The notes beneath the pieces were generated by a model. That model saw only the letters and a program-made list of their open reading frames with translations. It made no database searches and was not told where the DNA came from. A stretch of 57,561 nucleotides of DNA, from positions 1 to 57,561 of the forward strand of contig CAYOWI010000004.1 of assembly GCA_964407685.1 (NCBI GenBank), read 5' to 3'. A program made the translations under genes and the position numbers. This stretch comes from an uncultured Muribaculaceae bacterium (GTDB lineage: Bacteria; Bacillota_I; Bacilli_A; RF39; UBA660). Shown here one piece after another: positions 38,509 through 47,937 of the stretch; position 1 is the stretch's first letter, and each line of letters begins with the position of its first letter.

Positions 38509-38907
38509 ATGAAAAAGAATAATAAAGGTTTTACATTGATAGAGTTGCTTGCAGTAATAGTAATACTTTCAATAATTCTTACTATTGCAACTACGTCAGT
38601 CATTAAGAACATTAATGATTCTAAAGAAAAAGCAAGATATATAACAGCTAAAGAAATAGTTCAGATAGCAGAAGCTTATTTTGCTACAAAAGGTGCTGAT
38701 GAAAATGGTTGTGTTAATGTTGAAGACATGGTAACAGATGGTTTTTTAGAAGAAGATATTATTAATCCATTAAATGGAGAAAATAGAAACGAAAGTAATA
38801 AATTAACTAATCAAAAGATTTGTAAATCGGAAGATGTTGCTCAAAGTGATTATAAAGTAAATGATAATACTTATAAATTTGATGGCTTTTATTATAAATT
38901 AAAATAA
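38509..38907 (+). CDS. prepilin-type N-terminal cleavage/methylation domain protein (type IV pilin / pseudopilin-like)
   Basis: MKKNNKGFTLIELLAVIVILSIIL is the class III signal (G/FTLIE) with a hydrophobic helix. No other pilus or com assembly genes are adjacent. Confidence 0.7.
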   Translation: MKKNNKGFTLIELLAVIVILSIILTIATTSVIKNINDSKEKARYITAKEIVQIAEAYFATKGADENGCVNVEDMVTDGFLEEDIINPLNGENRNESNKLTNQKICKSEDVAQSDYKVNDNTYKFDGFYYKLK

Positions 38908-38915
38908 TTAAATAA

Positions 38916-38949
38916 AAAAATACTTCAATTTTTTACTTGAAGTATTTTT
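38916..38949. terminator. bidirectional terminator between the pilin-like gene and rpmB
   Basis: AAAAATACTTCAA / TTGAAGTATTTTT, a perfect 13-bp stem flanked by A/T runs. Confidence 0.65.
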
Positions 38950-38950
38950 A

Positions 38951-39124
38951 TTATTCAGCATTATTTTTTCTAAACTTTTTAGCTTCCTTAGCACTCATTA
39001 TAACGGTAACACCATTTAAAGTAACTTTTTGCATGTTAACTTTTTGTCTCTTTTTAGTTGCGTTTAAAGCATGAGATCTTTTGTTTCCGAATAATGGTTT
39101 TTTATTAGATACTTTCTTAGCCAT
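38951..39124 (-). CDS. rpmB: 50S ribosomal protein L28
   Basis: MAKKVSNKKPLFGNKRSHALNATKKRQKVNMQKV matches the L28 pattern (GN..SHA.N.TKR...N.Q). The ATG at 39124 follows AAGGAGGAG; the longer track ORF start is rejected. Confidence 0.8.
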   Translation of the reverse strand: MAKKVSNKKPLFGNKRSHALNATKKRQKVNMQKVTLNGVTVIMSAKEAKKFRKNNAE

Positions 39125-39249
39125 ATTTAACTCCTCCTTAAATACGTGTTTGCTTAATAACTTTACCATATAATGGGCAAATAGTCAAATTAAAATAGGA
39201 AAAAATTAGTATTTGTAGTAAAATATTATTAGAAAGGAAAGTGATATTT

Positions 39250-42123
39250 ATGAATTATATACCGCTATGGATAAAATCCGATTATTCTATTTTATCTAGT
39301 TTAATAAAAATAGATGATTTAATAAATACACTTTCTTTAAATAATGTAGGTGTAGCAGCTATATGCGATGATAATTTATTTGGTTGCATGGAGTTTTACA
39401 ATAAGTGTAAGAAGCATGGTATAAAGCCTATAATAGGGTTAGAAGTACATTTAGAATATACAATTTTATTATATGCAAAAAATTATAAAGGATATCAAAA
39501 TTTATGTAATATAAATACACTTATTAGTGATAAAAAACTGAATTTTGATAGTCTAAAAAAATACTTGTCTGATTTAGTTGTAGTAGTTCCATTTAAGTAT
39601 ATGGATAAAATAGATGAATTAAAATTATTAGCAGAAGATATTTTTATAGGTTATAGCTCTTTAGAAGAAAAAGATAAAATTACTGGTAATAAGGTATTTA
39701 TAAATAAAACACTTTGTTTAAAAAAAGAGGATGAAAAGTACTTAAAATATTTATATAAAATAAAAGAAGAGGATTTTAAAACTGAGGAAAATGTTAGTCT
39801 TAATTTTGATGTATCCGTGGAAGATAAAAAAACAACGATGTATTTAAGTTCTTTGTGTGATTTAGAAATTCCTAAGCAAGATGATTTGCTTCCTATATAT
39901 AGTAATGAACCAAGCTTTGATGAAAAAAAATATTTAACAGATTTATGCATCGTAGGTCTTAAAAAAAGATTAAATGATAACGTAACAAATAAATATGTAG
40001 ACCGTTTAAAATACGAACTGAACATCATTATAAAAATGGGATTTTGCAACTATTTTTTAGTGGTTTGGGATTATGTTAAATATGCTAAAAAAAATAACAT
40101 AATGGTTGGCCCAGGAAGGGGTTCAGCCGCATCAAGCCTTGTTTCATACTCACTTGGAATAACTGATGTAGACCCAATAAAATATAATTTGTTATTTGAA
40201 AGATTTTTAAATCCTGCAAGGGTTACCATGCCTGATATTGACGTTGATTTTGATGCTGAAAAAAGAGATGAAGTAATTAAATATGTTATAAAAAGGTATG
40301 GAAAAGAAAAGGTATCAGGGATAATTACTTTTTCTAATTTGCTTGCAAAACAAGTAATAAGGGATGTAGCTAGAATATTTGATGTTAGTAACTATAAAAT
40401 AGATAATTTACTTAAAAATTTTGATGATAAAAAAGATTTGAAATTTCAACTTTATAACATAAGTGTTAAAAGAATATTAAATGATGATGAAGATTTACGT
40501 AAAATTTATGATATTGCAATTCATTTGGAAGGACTTAAAAGACATACTTCGGTTCATGCAGCGGGTATAATTATATCTAATAAAAACTTAAGTAATTACG
40601 TTCCTTTGGCTACTAACTCAGATGGTACTTATCTTTGTGGATATACAATGAATTATATAGAAGAACTTGGTCTTTTAAAAATGGACTTTTTAGGTCTTAA
40701 AAATTTAAGTGTAATTGATAAGATAATATCTAAAGCTGGTAGTATTAAGTTTAATGAAATACCGCTTGATGATAAAGAAACTTTTGATTTATTTTCAAGA
40801 GCAGACGTAGACGGTATATTTCAATTTGAATCTGCTGGAATGAGAAAGTTTGTAAGCGAGTTAAAACCTACATCAATCGATGATTTAATCGCAGCAATAG
40901 CGCTATATAGACCGGGACCTATGGAAAATATCCCATTATATGTTGCAAGGCGTCATAAAAAAGAAAAGGTAACGTATATTCATGAAGATTTAAAAGATAT
41001 ATTAGAGCCTACCTATGGAATAATTGTATACCAAGAACAAATAATGCAGATAGCAAGCCTTATGGCTGGATTTTCGTATTCAGAAGCTGATGAGTTAAGG
41101 CGTGCCATGAGTAAGAAAAAAGAGGATGTACTTTTATCATATAAAAAGCAATTTATAAATGGGAGTATAAATAAAGGGTATACTAAAGAAACTGCGGAAG
41201 AAGTATATAACCTTATTTTAAAATTTGCTAATTATGGATTTAATAAGGCACATTCTGTTTCTTATGCTATAGTAGGGTATAAAATAGCATATTTAAAAGT
41301 ACATTTTCCAATTTATTTTGAAAGTGAAATATTAAATAATTGCATAGGATCAGTTAACAAAACTAAAACTTCAATAAATGAATGCAAAAGATTAGGCGTT
41401 GAAATAATAAATCCTAAAATAAATATATCAACGGATAAATATGAAATAATGGAAGATAAGCTTATTTATCCACTTTCTTTGGTAAAGGGAATAGGTACTT
41501 TAACTGCAAGAGCAATATTGAAGGAAAGAGAAGATAATGGTAACTTTTCTTCGTATTTGAACTTTGTCAAAAGAACTTATAAGTTTGGGAAAGACGTGTT
41601 AAGAAACTTAATACTAGCGGGAGCGGTAGATGGTTTTGGGAAGAATAAAAGAACATTAATAGAAAACTTAGATGATGCGATTAACTATGCTGAATTATGT
41701 TCAGATTTAGATGAAAGTTTAGTTCTTAAACCAGAAATAAAAGATTATGAGGAGTATTCTAAAGAAGAACTTACAAAGTATGAAATAGATTTATTTGGTT
41801 TTTATATAAGTAATCATCCTACAAGTAAGTACATAACTGATGCTAGTATAACTACTAAAAATATAGAAAAATACTTTGATAGTAACGTGGTAATGTTCCT
41901 TTATATCGAAAGAAAAAAAGAAATAGATACTAAAACTGGAGAAAAGATGATGTTTTTAAATGCCAGTGATTCATTTGGAACTATAGAACTAGTAATGTTT
42001 CCTAAAACATATAATAAGTTCTTTAACATTCCATTACCTGGAGTTTATAAAATAAGGGGTAAGGTAGAAAAAAGATTTTCTAAGTTACAAATTGTATTGT
42101 ATGATGTCCAAAAGGTGGTGTGA
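39250..42123 (+). CDS. dnaE: DNA polymerase III alpha subunit, DnaE type
   Basis: PGRGSAASSLVSYSLGITDVDP, MPDIDVDF, GLLKMDFLGLKNL, ALYRPGPM and NKAHSVSYA motifs, plus a C-terminal OB fold. The N-terminal PHP His motif is degenerate (IPLWIKSDYS). Confidence 0.9.
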   Translation: MNYIPLWIKSDYSILSSLIKIDDLINTLSLNNVGVAAICDDNLFGCMEFYNKCKKHGIKPIIGLEVHLEYTILLYAKNYKGYQNLCNINTLISDKKLNFDSLKKYLSDLVVVVPFKYMDKIDELKLLAEDIFIGYSSLEEKDKITGNKVFINKTLCLKKEDEKYLKYLYKIKEEDFKTEENVSLNFDVSVEDKKTTMYLSSLCDLEIPKQDDLLPIYSNEPSFDEKKYLTDLCIVGLKKRLNDNVTNKYVDRLKYELNIIIKMGFCNYFLVVWDYVKYAKKNNIMVGPGRGSAASSLVSYSLGITDVDPIKYNLLFERFLNPARVTMPDIDVDFDAEKRDEVIKYVIKRYGKEKVSGIITFSNLLAKQVIRDVARIFDVSNYKIDNLLKNFDDKKDLKFQLYNISVKRILNDDEDLRKIYDIAIHLEGLKRHTSVHAAGIIISNKNLSNYVPLATNSDGTYLCGYTMNYIEELGLLKMDFLGLKNLSVIDKIISKAGSIKFNEIPLDDKETFDLFSRADVDGIFQFESAGMRKFVSELKPTSIDDLIAAIALYRPGPMENIPLYVARRHKKEKVTYIHEDLKDILEPTYGIIVYQEQIMQIASLMAGFSYSEADELRRAMSKKKEDVLLSYKKQFINGSINKGYTKETAEEVYNLILKFANYGFNKAHSVSYAIVGYKIAYLKVHFPIYFESEILNNCIGSVNKTKTSINECKRLGVEIINPKINISTDKYEIMEDKLIYPLSLVKGIGTLTARAILKEREDNGNFSSYLNFVKRTYKFGKDVLRNLILAGAVDGFGKNKRTLIENLDDAINYAELCSDLDESLVLKPEIKDYEEYSKEELTKYEIDLFGFYISNHPTSKYITDASITTKNIEKYFDSNVVMFLYIERKKEIDTKTGEKMMFLNASDSFGTIELVMFPKTYNKFFNIPLPGVYKIRGKVEKRFSKLQIVLYDVQKVV

Positions 42124-42128
42124 TAAGT

Positions 42129-42704
42129 ATGAAATTAACGAGTAAAAAAGCACTGGAAATGTTAGAATCATCTAGAGGAAAAACTCCTCATGATGGTTGG
42201 ATTGATCATTCTATATGTGTTGGATATGCAGCAGGAGTAATTGCGAATGCTTTAAACTTAGATGAAGAAAAAGCCAAAACTTTAGGATATATACATGATA
42301 TTGGAAAATTAATAAAGTTTGAAGGACACGTTATGGAAGGTTATAATTATTTAAAAGAATTAGGTTATGATGATTGTTATTGCAACGTATGTTTAACTCA
42401 TTCATACTTAAATAACGACGTTAATTGTACGCAAGGTGAGCCAAGCAACATTCCTTTTAGAACAGAGTTTATTAAAAATCATGAGTATACTATTTATGAA
42501 AAAGTAATTAATTTATGTGATTTAATGTGTATGAAAAATGTAGTTACCATGGAAAAGAGATTAATAGATGTTATTTCTAGAAGACTACAACATAAAAACA
42601 TTGTTTATCATGTTAAAGAATCTTTAAAATTAAAGAAATATTTTGATGATTTATTAGGTTATAATTTATATGATTTGTTTCCGGAAATAAAGGAAAATTT
42701 ATAA
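42129..42704 (+). CDS. HD-domain phosphohydrolase
   Basis: HSICVGYAAGVIA...YIHDIGK carries the H...HD signature. Overlaps the dnaE stop. Confidence 0.65.
   Translation: MKLTSKKALEMLESSRGKTPHDGWIDHSICVGYAAGVIANALNLDEEKAKTLGYIHDIGKLIKFEGHVMEGYNYLKELGYDDCYCNVCLTHSYLNNDVNCTQGEPSNIPFRTEFIKNHEYTIYEKVINLCDLMCMKNVVTMEKRLIDVISRRLQHKNIVYHVKESLKLKKYFDDLLGYNLYDLFPEIKENL
42592..42703 (+). repeat. direct repeat copy 1 (3' end of the HD-domain gene)
   Basis: 112 nt match 47938-48049 at a constant offset of 5346. The last 100 nt are identical. The 3 mismatches all lie in the first 12 nt. Confidence 0.9.
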
Positions 42705-42706
42705 TT

Positions 42707-42741
42707 AAAAAACACGAAATATAAAAAGACGTGTTTTTTTT
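42707..42741 (+). terminator. rho-independent terminator after the HD-domain gene
   Basis: AACACG / CGTGTT stem followed by TTTTTTTT. Confidence 0.55.
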
Positions 42742-42824
42742 AGTTGACGGCACTGAAAAAACTTAGCTTTTTGCATTTATAAAATATTTAGTTGAAAAAC
42801 TTTTTGTAAAAAATACCAAAAGTA

Positions 42825-42853
42825 TTGACAATCTCTAACTTATGGTATAAAAT
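42825..42853 (+). promoter_or_regulatory. sigma-A-type promoter for the 42911.. operon
   Basis: TTGACA (42825-42830), 17-nt spacer, TAAAAT. Alternatively TGgTATAAA as an extended -10. Confidence 0.5.
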
Positions 42854-42910
42854 ACTAAATGTAAAACAGTTGATTGTGGCAATAAATTAATTGCTATGAG
42901 GGAGGTTTTT

Positions 42911-43297
42911 ATGAGAAATAAAAAATATGATAAAAGTAATTTGTACATATTATACGTGGATGAATATGTGTATTATATACCTTACGCAGATGAAATGCTT
43001 GCATCTGGTACGGATTATTCGATTGATTATTACACGGTTGCTTTTTCCAAAGATGAAAAAAAGTTTATAGATGTTTTTAATAAAAAGAAATACTATATTC
43101 CAGGAAAATTTCTTTGGGGAAATTATAGAGATGTTAAAACATTTATTCCTATAACAAGATATGTTGATTCAGAAGAAGATTTTTTGGATTTATCTCATAT
43201 AAATGATACTCTAGAAAAATATAAAGATGACGTTAGAGATAAAAATGAAGAAATAAGAAAGGAAAAATCAGTATGCCTAGTATTGCAGCACACTTAG
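42911..43297 (+). CDS. hypothetical protein (128 aa)
   Basis: ATG follows GAGGGAGG. No recognisable motif. Overlaps the next gene by 25 nt. Confidence 0.45.
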   Translation: MRNKKYDKSNLYILYVDEYVYYIPYADEMLASGTDYSIDYYTVAFSKDEKKFIDVFNKKKYYIPGKFLWGNYRDVKTFIPITRYVDSEEDFLDLSHINDTLEKYKDDVRDKNEEIRKEKSVCLVLQHT

Positions 43298-43839
43298 TGG
43301 TAGGTAAGCTTGTTGGTAATAAACTTAATAAAGAAAGTTTAGGATTTATACAGGGAAACGTTTTGCCGGATATAATTAAAATTGAAGATAGTCACTGCAA
43401 AATAAAAGGAAAATATTATCTAATACCTAATATTAGTGCTTCACTTAAGAAAAGTAATATAAAAGACAATGATGTACTTGATGGTTATTTATGTCATCTT
43501 TTATTAGATAAATATTTTTTAGACGAATATATTCCTAATAATATTAAAGAATATGATAAAATTAATTTATTTCAAGAAAAAGGTATTTATAGAGATTATA
43601 GTTTAGTAAGTAAAGAACTAATAAATAGTTTTGGAATTGATTTAAAAAAGGTAAATCATTCATTTGAAAATATGGATTATGTTTATGATGATATTAAACT
43701 AAGTGATAATCTAAGATATTTGACTTATGACGCCAAAAGTGAAGTGCCAAGGTATATAGATTTTGATGATTTTTCTAAGTTTTTAATCGAAGTTTCTGAT
43801 AAGATTGTTAATGATATTAAAAAAATGAGGAGGAGATAA
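43273..43839 (+). CDS. putative metal-dependent hydrolase (zinc phospholipase C-like fold)
   Basis: The N-terminus MPSIAAHLVVG, then GNVLPD and GYLCHLLLDKYF, resemble His/Asp ligand blocks of the Zn-dependent PLC/P1-like family. This is a weak call. Confidence 0.4.
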   Translation: MPSIAAHLVVGKLVGNKLNKESLGFIQGNVLPDIIKIEDSHCKIKGKYYLIPNISASLKKSNIKDNDVLDGYLCHLLLDKYFLDEYIPNNIKEYDKINLFQEKGIYRDYSLVSKELINSFGIDLKKVNHSFENMDYVYDDIKLSDNLRYLTYDAKSEVPRYIDFDDFSKFLIEVSDKIVNDIKKMRRR

Positions 43840-43841
43840 AT

Positions 43842-44567
43842 ATGAACATAGTTTTAACGGGATGTTTATTTGTTTTAGACAAGGAAGAAAGTAAAGATAT
43901 AAGAAAGTCAGACACTAATAAAATAAAAGTTGTTTTAGATAAAAATAATGAGCTTATTAAAGCTAACTTTGATAATAAAAATGATTTAAAAGAAATTATT
44001 AGATCGGAAATTAAAAACATTATAGGAACCAGTAAGTTTCATCTTGAACAAGTTTATACGTTAGGTGATGCTAAGTATTATGAAGATGGTGAGATTAACG
44101 TTATATACATAGCAGTTACTAATTCTCAAAACACAAAAAAATTTTCTAAAGATTATAATTTAAAAGAGTTTAGCATTAGTAATAATAGTGAAATGATAAT
44201 TGATGGAATTAAGGTTGGTTATCAAACTAAACAAAAAATTAATAAGGGTGGTATAGAATATTTACATGAGTTTGAGTACCATGAACAAATTAAAGAAAAG
44301 ACTTTAATGGAAATATTAATTTCGTATAAATATTTAAAATCACGGATTGATAATACAGATATTATGTTTAAATTTATGCCCGAAAAATTTGCGTTAGAAG
44401 ACGTAAGACAAGTATATGAGATGATAGCTAATAAAAAGGTTGATAAATCTAATTTTAGAAAACGGATAACTTCTTATTGTTATCCATTAGAGGAAACGAT
44501 AAACAGAGGTTATAGACCTACTCAGTTATATAAATTTAAAGTAAATGAAAATGACGTATGGATATAG
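43842..44567 (+). CDS. NrtR-like regulator (degenerate Nudix domain plus C-terminal winged helix)
   Basis: The C-terminal FMPEKFALEDVRQVYEMIANKKVDKSNFRKRI matches the NrtR wHTH signature (F.L..Lq.vYE.I.g..ldk.NFRkk). The Nudix box is degenerate (RSEIKNIIG). Confidence 0.55.
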   Translation: MNIVLTGCLFVLDKEESKDIRKSDTNKIKVVLDKNNELIKANFDNKNDLKEIIRSEIKNIIGTSKFHLEQVYTLGDAKYYEDGEINVIYIAVTNSQNTKKFSKDYNLKEFSISNNSEMIIDGIKVGYQTKQKINKGGIEYLHEFEYHEQIKEKTLMEILISYKYLKSRIDNTDIMFKFMPEKFALEDVRQVYEMIANKKVDKSNFRKRITSYCYPLEETINRGYRPTQLYKFKVNENDVWI

Positions 44568-44578
44568 GAGGAAGAAAC

Positions 44579-45151
44579 ATGATATTTGCAAGTAACAATA
44601 AAGGTAAATTAAAAGAAATAAGAGAGATTTTAAAATCTTATGAAATTAAATCATTAAAAGAAGCATCAATAGATGTTGACGTAGAAGAAGATCAAGATAG
44701 TTTTTATGGAAATGCTTTAAAAAAGGCTAAAGAGATATATGAAATAGCAAAAGTTCCAGTTATAGCTGATGATTCGGGATTATGTATAGATGTATTAAAT
44801 GGTTGGCCAGGTGTAATGACACATAGATTTTTAGGTGAAAACGCGGGAGATGATGATAGAAATACCGCAATACTTGATAAAATGATGCGGTATAAAAATG
44901 AAGAAAGAAAAGCAAGCGTAGTATGTAATCTAGTTTATTATGATGGAACGGATATCATAACTGGAATTGGGGTTTTAACTGGAAGAATTTCGAATGAAAA
45001 ACGGGGAGAAAATGGATTTGGATTCGACGAGATATTTGAAATAGATAACGGAAAAACTCTAGCAGAGTTATCGGCTCAAGAAAAAAACGAATGTAGTGCA
45101 AGGGCTTTAGCTTGTAAAGACCTAAAGTTAAAATTAAAAAAACATAAATAA
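44579..45151 (+). CDS. rdgB: RdgB/HAM1-family non-canonical purine NTP pyrophosphatase
   Basis: MIFASNNKGKLKEIREIL, ADDSGLCIDVLNGWPGV, GENGFGFDEIF. Confidence 0.85.
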   Translation: MIFASNNKGKLKEIREILKSYEIKSLKEASIDVDVEEDQDSFYGNALKKAKEIYEIAKVPVIADDSGLCIDVLNGWPGVMTHRFLGENAGDDDRNTAILDKMMRYKNEERKASVVCNLVYYDGTDIITGIGVLTGRISNEKRGENGFGFDEIFEIDNGKTLAELSAQEKNECSARALACKDLKLKLKKHK

Positions 45152-45165
45152 AAGGATTTGATATT

Positions 45166-46083
45166 ATGAAAAAAAATTATATAAAAATAATAATTGGAAT
45201 TGTTATTATCTTATTATTAGGAATTTTAATAATCTTTAATAACAATAATAAAAAGGAAAATAACACGGCAAAGGAAAGCTTTAAAGTAGCTGGAATAACA
45301 AGATCACCACTTTATTTACCAATATTTGTTGGTATGGAAAAAAATATGTTTTATGGATTAAAGGTGGAATACGTTAATACTACTGGTGGGGACGTTGTTA
45401 ATACAATGTTGCTTTCTGGTGAAATAGATGCAGCCTTAAATAGTTTAAATATTTCGATAACTAACGCAAATGAAAAAAAACGCCCTATATCAATAGCTGA
45501 ACTTACATCAAGAGGTGGAATAACATTAATAAGTAAAGTTCCTTTAAATGAAATTAAAACGATTGTTAGTGCTAAAAAAGGTGGACTACCAAACGAAATT
45601 CTTGAAAAAAGTACTGACTATGAAATTGTTGCAAATTTAAGTCCTCAGGAAGGAGTTACTTATTTCTTAAATCAAGATGTTGATGCAATAATGGCTTTTG
45701 AACCATTTGCAACACAATTAAAGGATAAAGGGTATAAGTCAAAATCAATGAATACCTATTATGAAGAACTTCCATTTAATACTGTGTTAGTTATGGAAGA
45801 AAACTTGAATGATGATAAGTATAAAAAATTTGTAGAAGGACTTAAAAAGGCAACTGATTATATTTATTCTACTGATTCAAGTAAAGTTGCAGAAGAGGTT
45901 AAAGAGGTTATGGAATTTAGTGATAAAAAGACTTTAGCATCTATTATAGATACTTTTAAAGAAGATAATGTATGGAATAAGACGTTGGAATTAGATGAAA
46001 AAGAATATGAGTATTATTTAAAATTTACTGGACTAAAAAAAGTAGAGTATAAAAAAATATATAAAAACATTCTTGACAAATAG
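45166..46083 (+). CDS. ABC transporter substrate-binding protein (NMT1/SsuA-like)
   Basis: An N-terminal signal/anchor helix followed by a periplasmic-binding-type fold. Operon position is ahead of the permease and ATPase genes. Confidence 0.6.
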   Translation: MKKNYIKIIIGIVIILLLGILIIFNNNNKKENNTAKESFKVAGITRSPLYLPIFVGMEKNMFYGLKVEYVNTTGGDVVNTMLLSGEIDAALNSLNISITNANEKKRPISIAELTSRGGITLISKVPLNEIKTIVSAKKGGLPNEILEKSTDYEIVANLSPQEGVTYFLNQDVDAIMAFEPFATQLKDKGYKSKSMNTYYEELPFNTVLVMEENLNDDKYKKFVEGLKKATDYIYSTDSSKVAEEVKEVMEFSDKKTLASIIDTFKEDNVWNKTLELDEKEYEYYLKFTGLKKVEYKKIYKNILDK

Positions 46084-46095
46084 AAGGTGGTAGTT

Positions 46096-46809
46096 ATGTT
46101 CATAGATATTGTAATTATTATAATAATTCAACTACTATGTAAAAATAGCCTTATTAACACAACCATTTTACCAGCACCGACGGATATCATTTTTAATAGT
46201 GATAGTATTAACATATTAAGTTCATTTTTAATAACTTTAAAATTTATTGGAGTAGTCTTTGCTATTTCGTTAGCTATAAATATGCTAATTGTTATTATAA
46301 TATATCTTCTAGAATTTAAATATTTAGAAAACATTTTATACAGATTAAATTCGATTCCAAGAATAGTAATTATGTTAGTGGGGATTGCAATATTAGGTGT
46401 TGGATATAAAACCATTTCGATAATGACGATTATAAGTAATATGCCTAACTTCGTTATAACGGTACTTGGTTATTTAAAAGGTGAGAATAATAAAAGTATA
46501 ATAGAAGCTGCAAAGGATTGTGGTGCTAGTGATTTTAAAATATTAATTAAGGTTTTAATACCTACTAACATAAGAGGAATTATAATAAGTACAAAAATAT
46601 TGGTATCACAAATAATAAATAGCGTAATTATTGGTGAGTATTTAATAGGAACAACGGGAATAGGTAGTTTACTTCAATATAATTTATTTATGTATAACAT
46701 GAAAAACGTATGGTTTATCGCTTTAATAATTTGTTTGTTTACAATAATTATAAGTAAAGTATTTGATTATGTTTTATCATCAAAAAAACTATGGTTTAAT
46801 TTTAGTTAA
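46096..46809 (+). CDS. ABC transporter permease
   Basis: Polytopic membrane protein. The EAA-like loop region is IEAAKDCGASDFKILIKVLIP. ATG follows AAGGTGG. Confidence 0.7.
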   Translation: MFIDIVIIIIIQLLCKNSLINTTILPAPTDIIFNSDSINILSSFLITLKFIGVVFAISLAINMLIVIIIYLLEFKYLENILYRLNSIPRIVIMLVGIAILGVGYKTISIMTIISNMPNFVITVLGYLKGENNKSIIEAAKDCGASDFKILIKVLIPTNIRGIIISTKILVSQIINSVIIGEYLIGTTGIGSLLQYNLFMYNMKNVWFIALIICLFTIIISKVFDYVLSSKKLWFNFS

Positions 46810-46820
46810 GGAGAAGTATT

Positions 46821-47900
46821 ATGTCAAAGTTAAAGTTTGAAAACGTGATTAAAAAATACGGGAATAACGTTGTTTTTGAAAATTTGAGTTTTGAAATAAA
46901 CGATGGTGAATTTGTTGTTTTGGTTGGTCCTTCTGGTTGTGGAAAAACAACTTTATTAAGAATGATATCTGGTCTAGAAGATTATGATAGTGGAAACGTT
47001 TACTATGAAAATAAATTAGCCAATAAAAATAAACTTATTAATAAGAGTGCTATGGTGTTTCAAAATTATGCTTTGTTTCCTAATATGACGGTGTTTGATA
47101 ACATGACCTTTGGACTAAGAAATAATAAAATAAATAAACAAGAAATAAATGACATGGTTTATAAAACGGCAGAAATGTTAAAAATAAACCATTTGTTAAA
47201 GAGAAGACCTAATGAATTATCAGGTGGTGAAAAACAAAGAGTAGGTTTAGGAAGAGCTTTAGTAAGAAAGCCAGATATATTCTTACTTGATGAACCATTA
47301 GCAAACCTTGATGCAATGTTAAAAGGAAACATGAGAAAAGAAATCAAAAAGATTCATAAAAGAATAAAAAGTACGTTTGTTTACGTTACTCATGATCAGT
47401 TAGAAGCGATGACTTTAGCAACTAAGATAATCGTTATTGATGATAAAAGTATAAAGCAAATAGGAACTCCTTATGAAATATATAAAGAACCAAAAAATAT
47501 ATTTGTAGCAACTTTTTTTGGTAGTCCTAAAATTAATATTTTAGATGCCTACATAATAAAAAAAGATAATACGTATTATATTAAATACGATGAACAATTA
47601 TTTAAATTAAATAAGAATAAATATAATTATGAAGTATTGGTAAAATACGATGCTAAAAAGATTAAAATCGGTATTAGAGCAGAAAATATAAAAATAACTA
47701 GAAATACAGGTATGCAGGTAGATGTTATTAACGCAGAAAACATAGGTAAGGAAAGTTATCTTTATGTAAAATATAAAAATGATTATTTAAACGTTATAAG
47801 TGATAATGACTATCGTGAAAAAAAAGAAATTTTTATTGATTTTAATAATGACTTTTTGTTGTTTGATTATGAGTCTGAAAAAAATATATGTAGTAAATAA
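46821..47900 (+). CDS. ABC transporter ATP-binding protein with a C-terminal TOBE-like domain
   Basis: Walker A GPSGCGKTT, signature LSGGEKQR, Walker B IFLLDEP, plus a ~120-aa C-terminal extension as in MalK/PotA-type ATPases. Confidence 0.85.
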   Translation: MSKLKFENVIKKYGNNVVFENLSFEINDGEFVVLVGPSGCGKTTLLRMISGLEDYDSGNVYYENKLANKNKLINKSAMVFQNYALFPNMTVFDNMTFGLRNNKINKQEINDMVYKTAEMLKINHLLKRRPNELSGGEKQRVGLGRALVRKPDIFLLDEPLANLDAMLKGNMRKEIKKIHKRIKSTFVYVTHDQLEAMTLATKIIVIDDKSIKQIGTPYEIYKEPKNIFVATFFGSPKINILDAYIIKKDNTYYIKYDEQLFKLNKNKYNYEVLVKYDAKKIKIGIRAENIKITRNTGMQVDVINAENIGKESYLYVKYKNDYLNVISDNDYREKKEIFIDFNNDFLLFDYESEKNICSK

Positions 47901-47923
47901 CCATAAATGATAAATTTATGGTT
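47899..47923 (+). terminator. hairpin after the ABC ATPase gene (weak terminator, no clear T-run)
   Basis: AACCATAAAT / ATTTATGGTT, a perfect 10-bp stem with a 5-nt loop. Confidence 0.35.
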
Positions 47924-47937
47924 ATGAAGAGGATCTT

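Noticed and set aside
38496-38513. 16-nt identity AGGTGATAGATATGAA upstream of the pilin-like gene and again at 48467-48482 upstream of rnc. A similar GATAGGTGATAACAATG occurs at 53677.
   Set aside because: It consists of the RBS, an AT-rich spacer and the start codon. It is short enough to be convergence on an optimal translation-initiation region rather than a mobile repeat.
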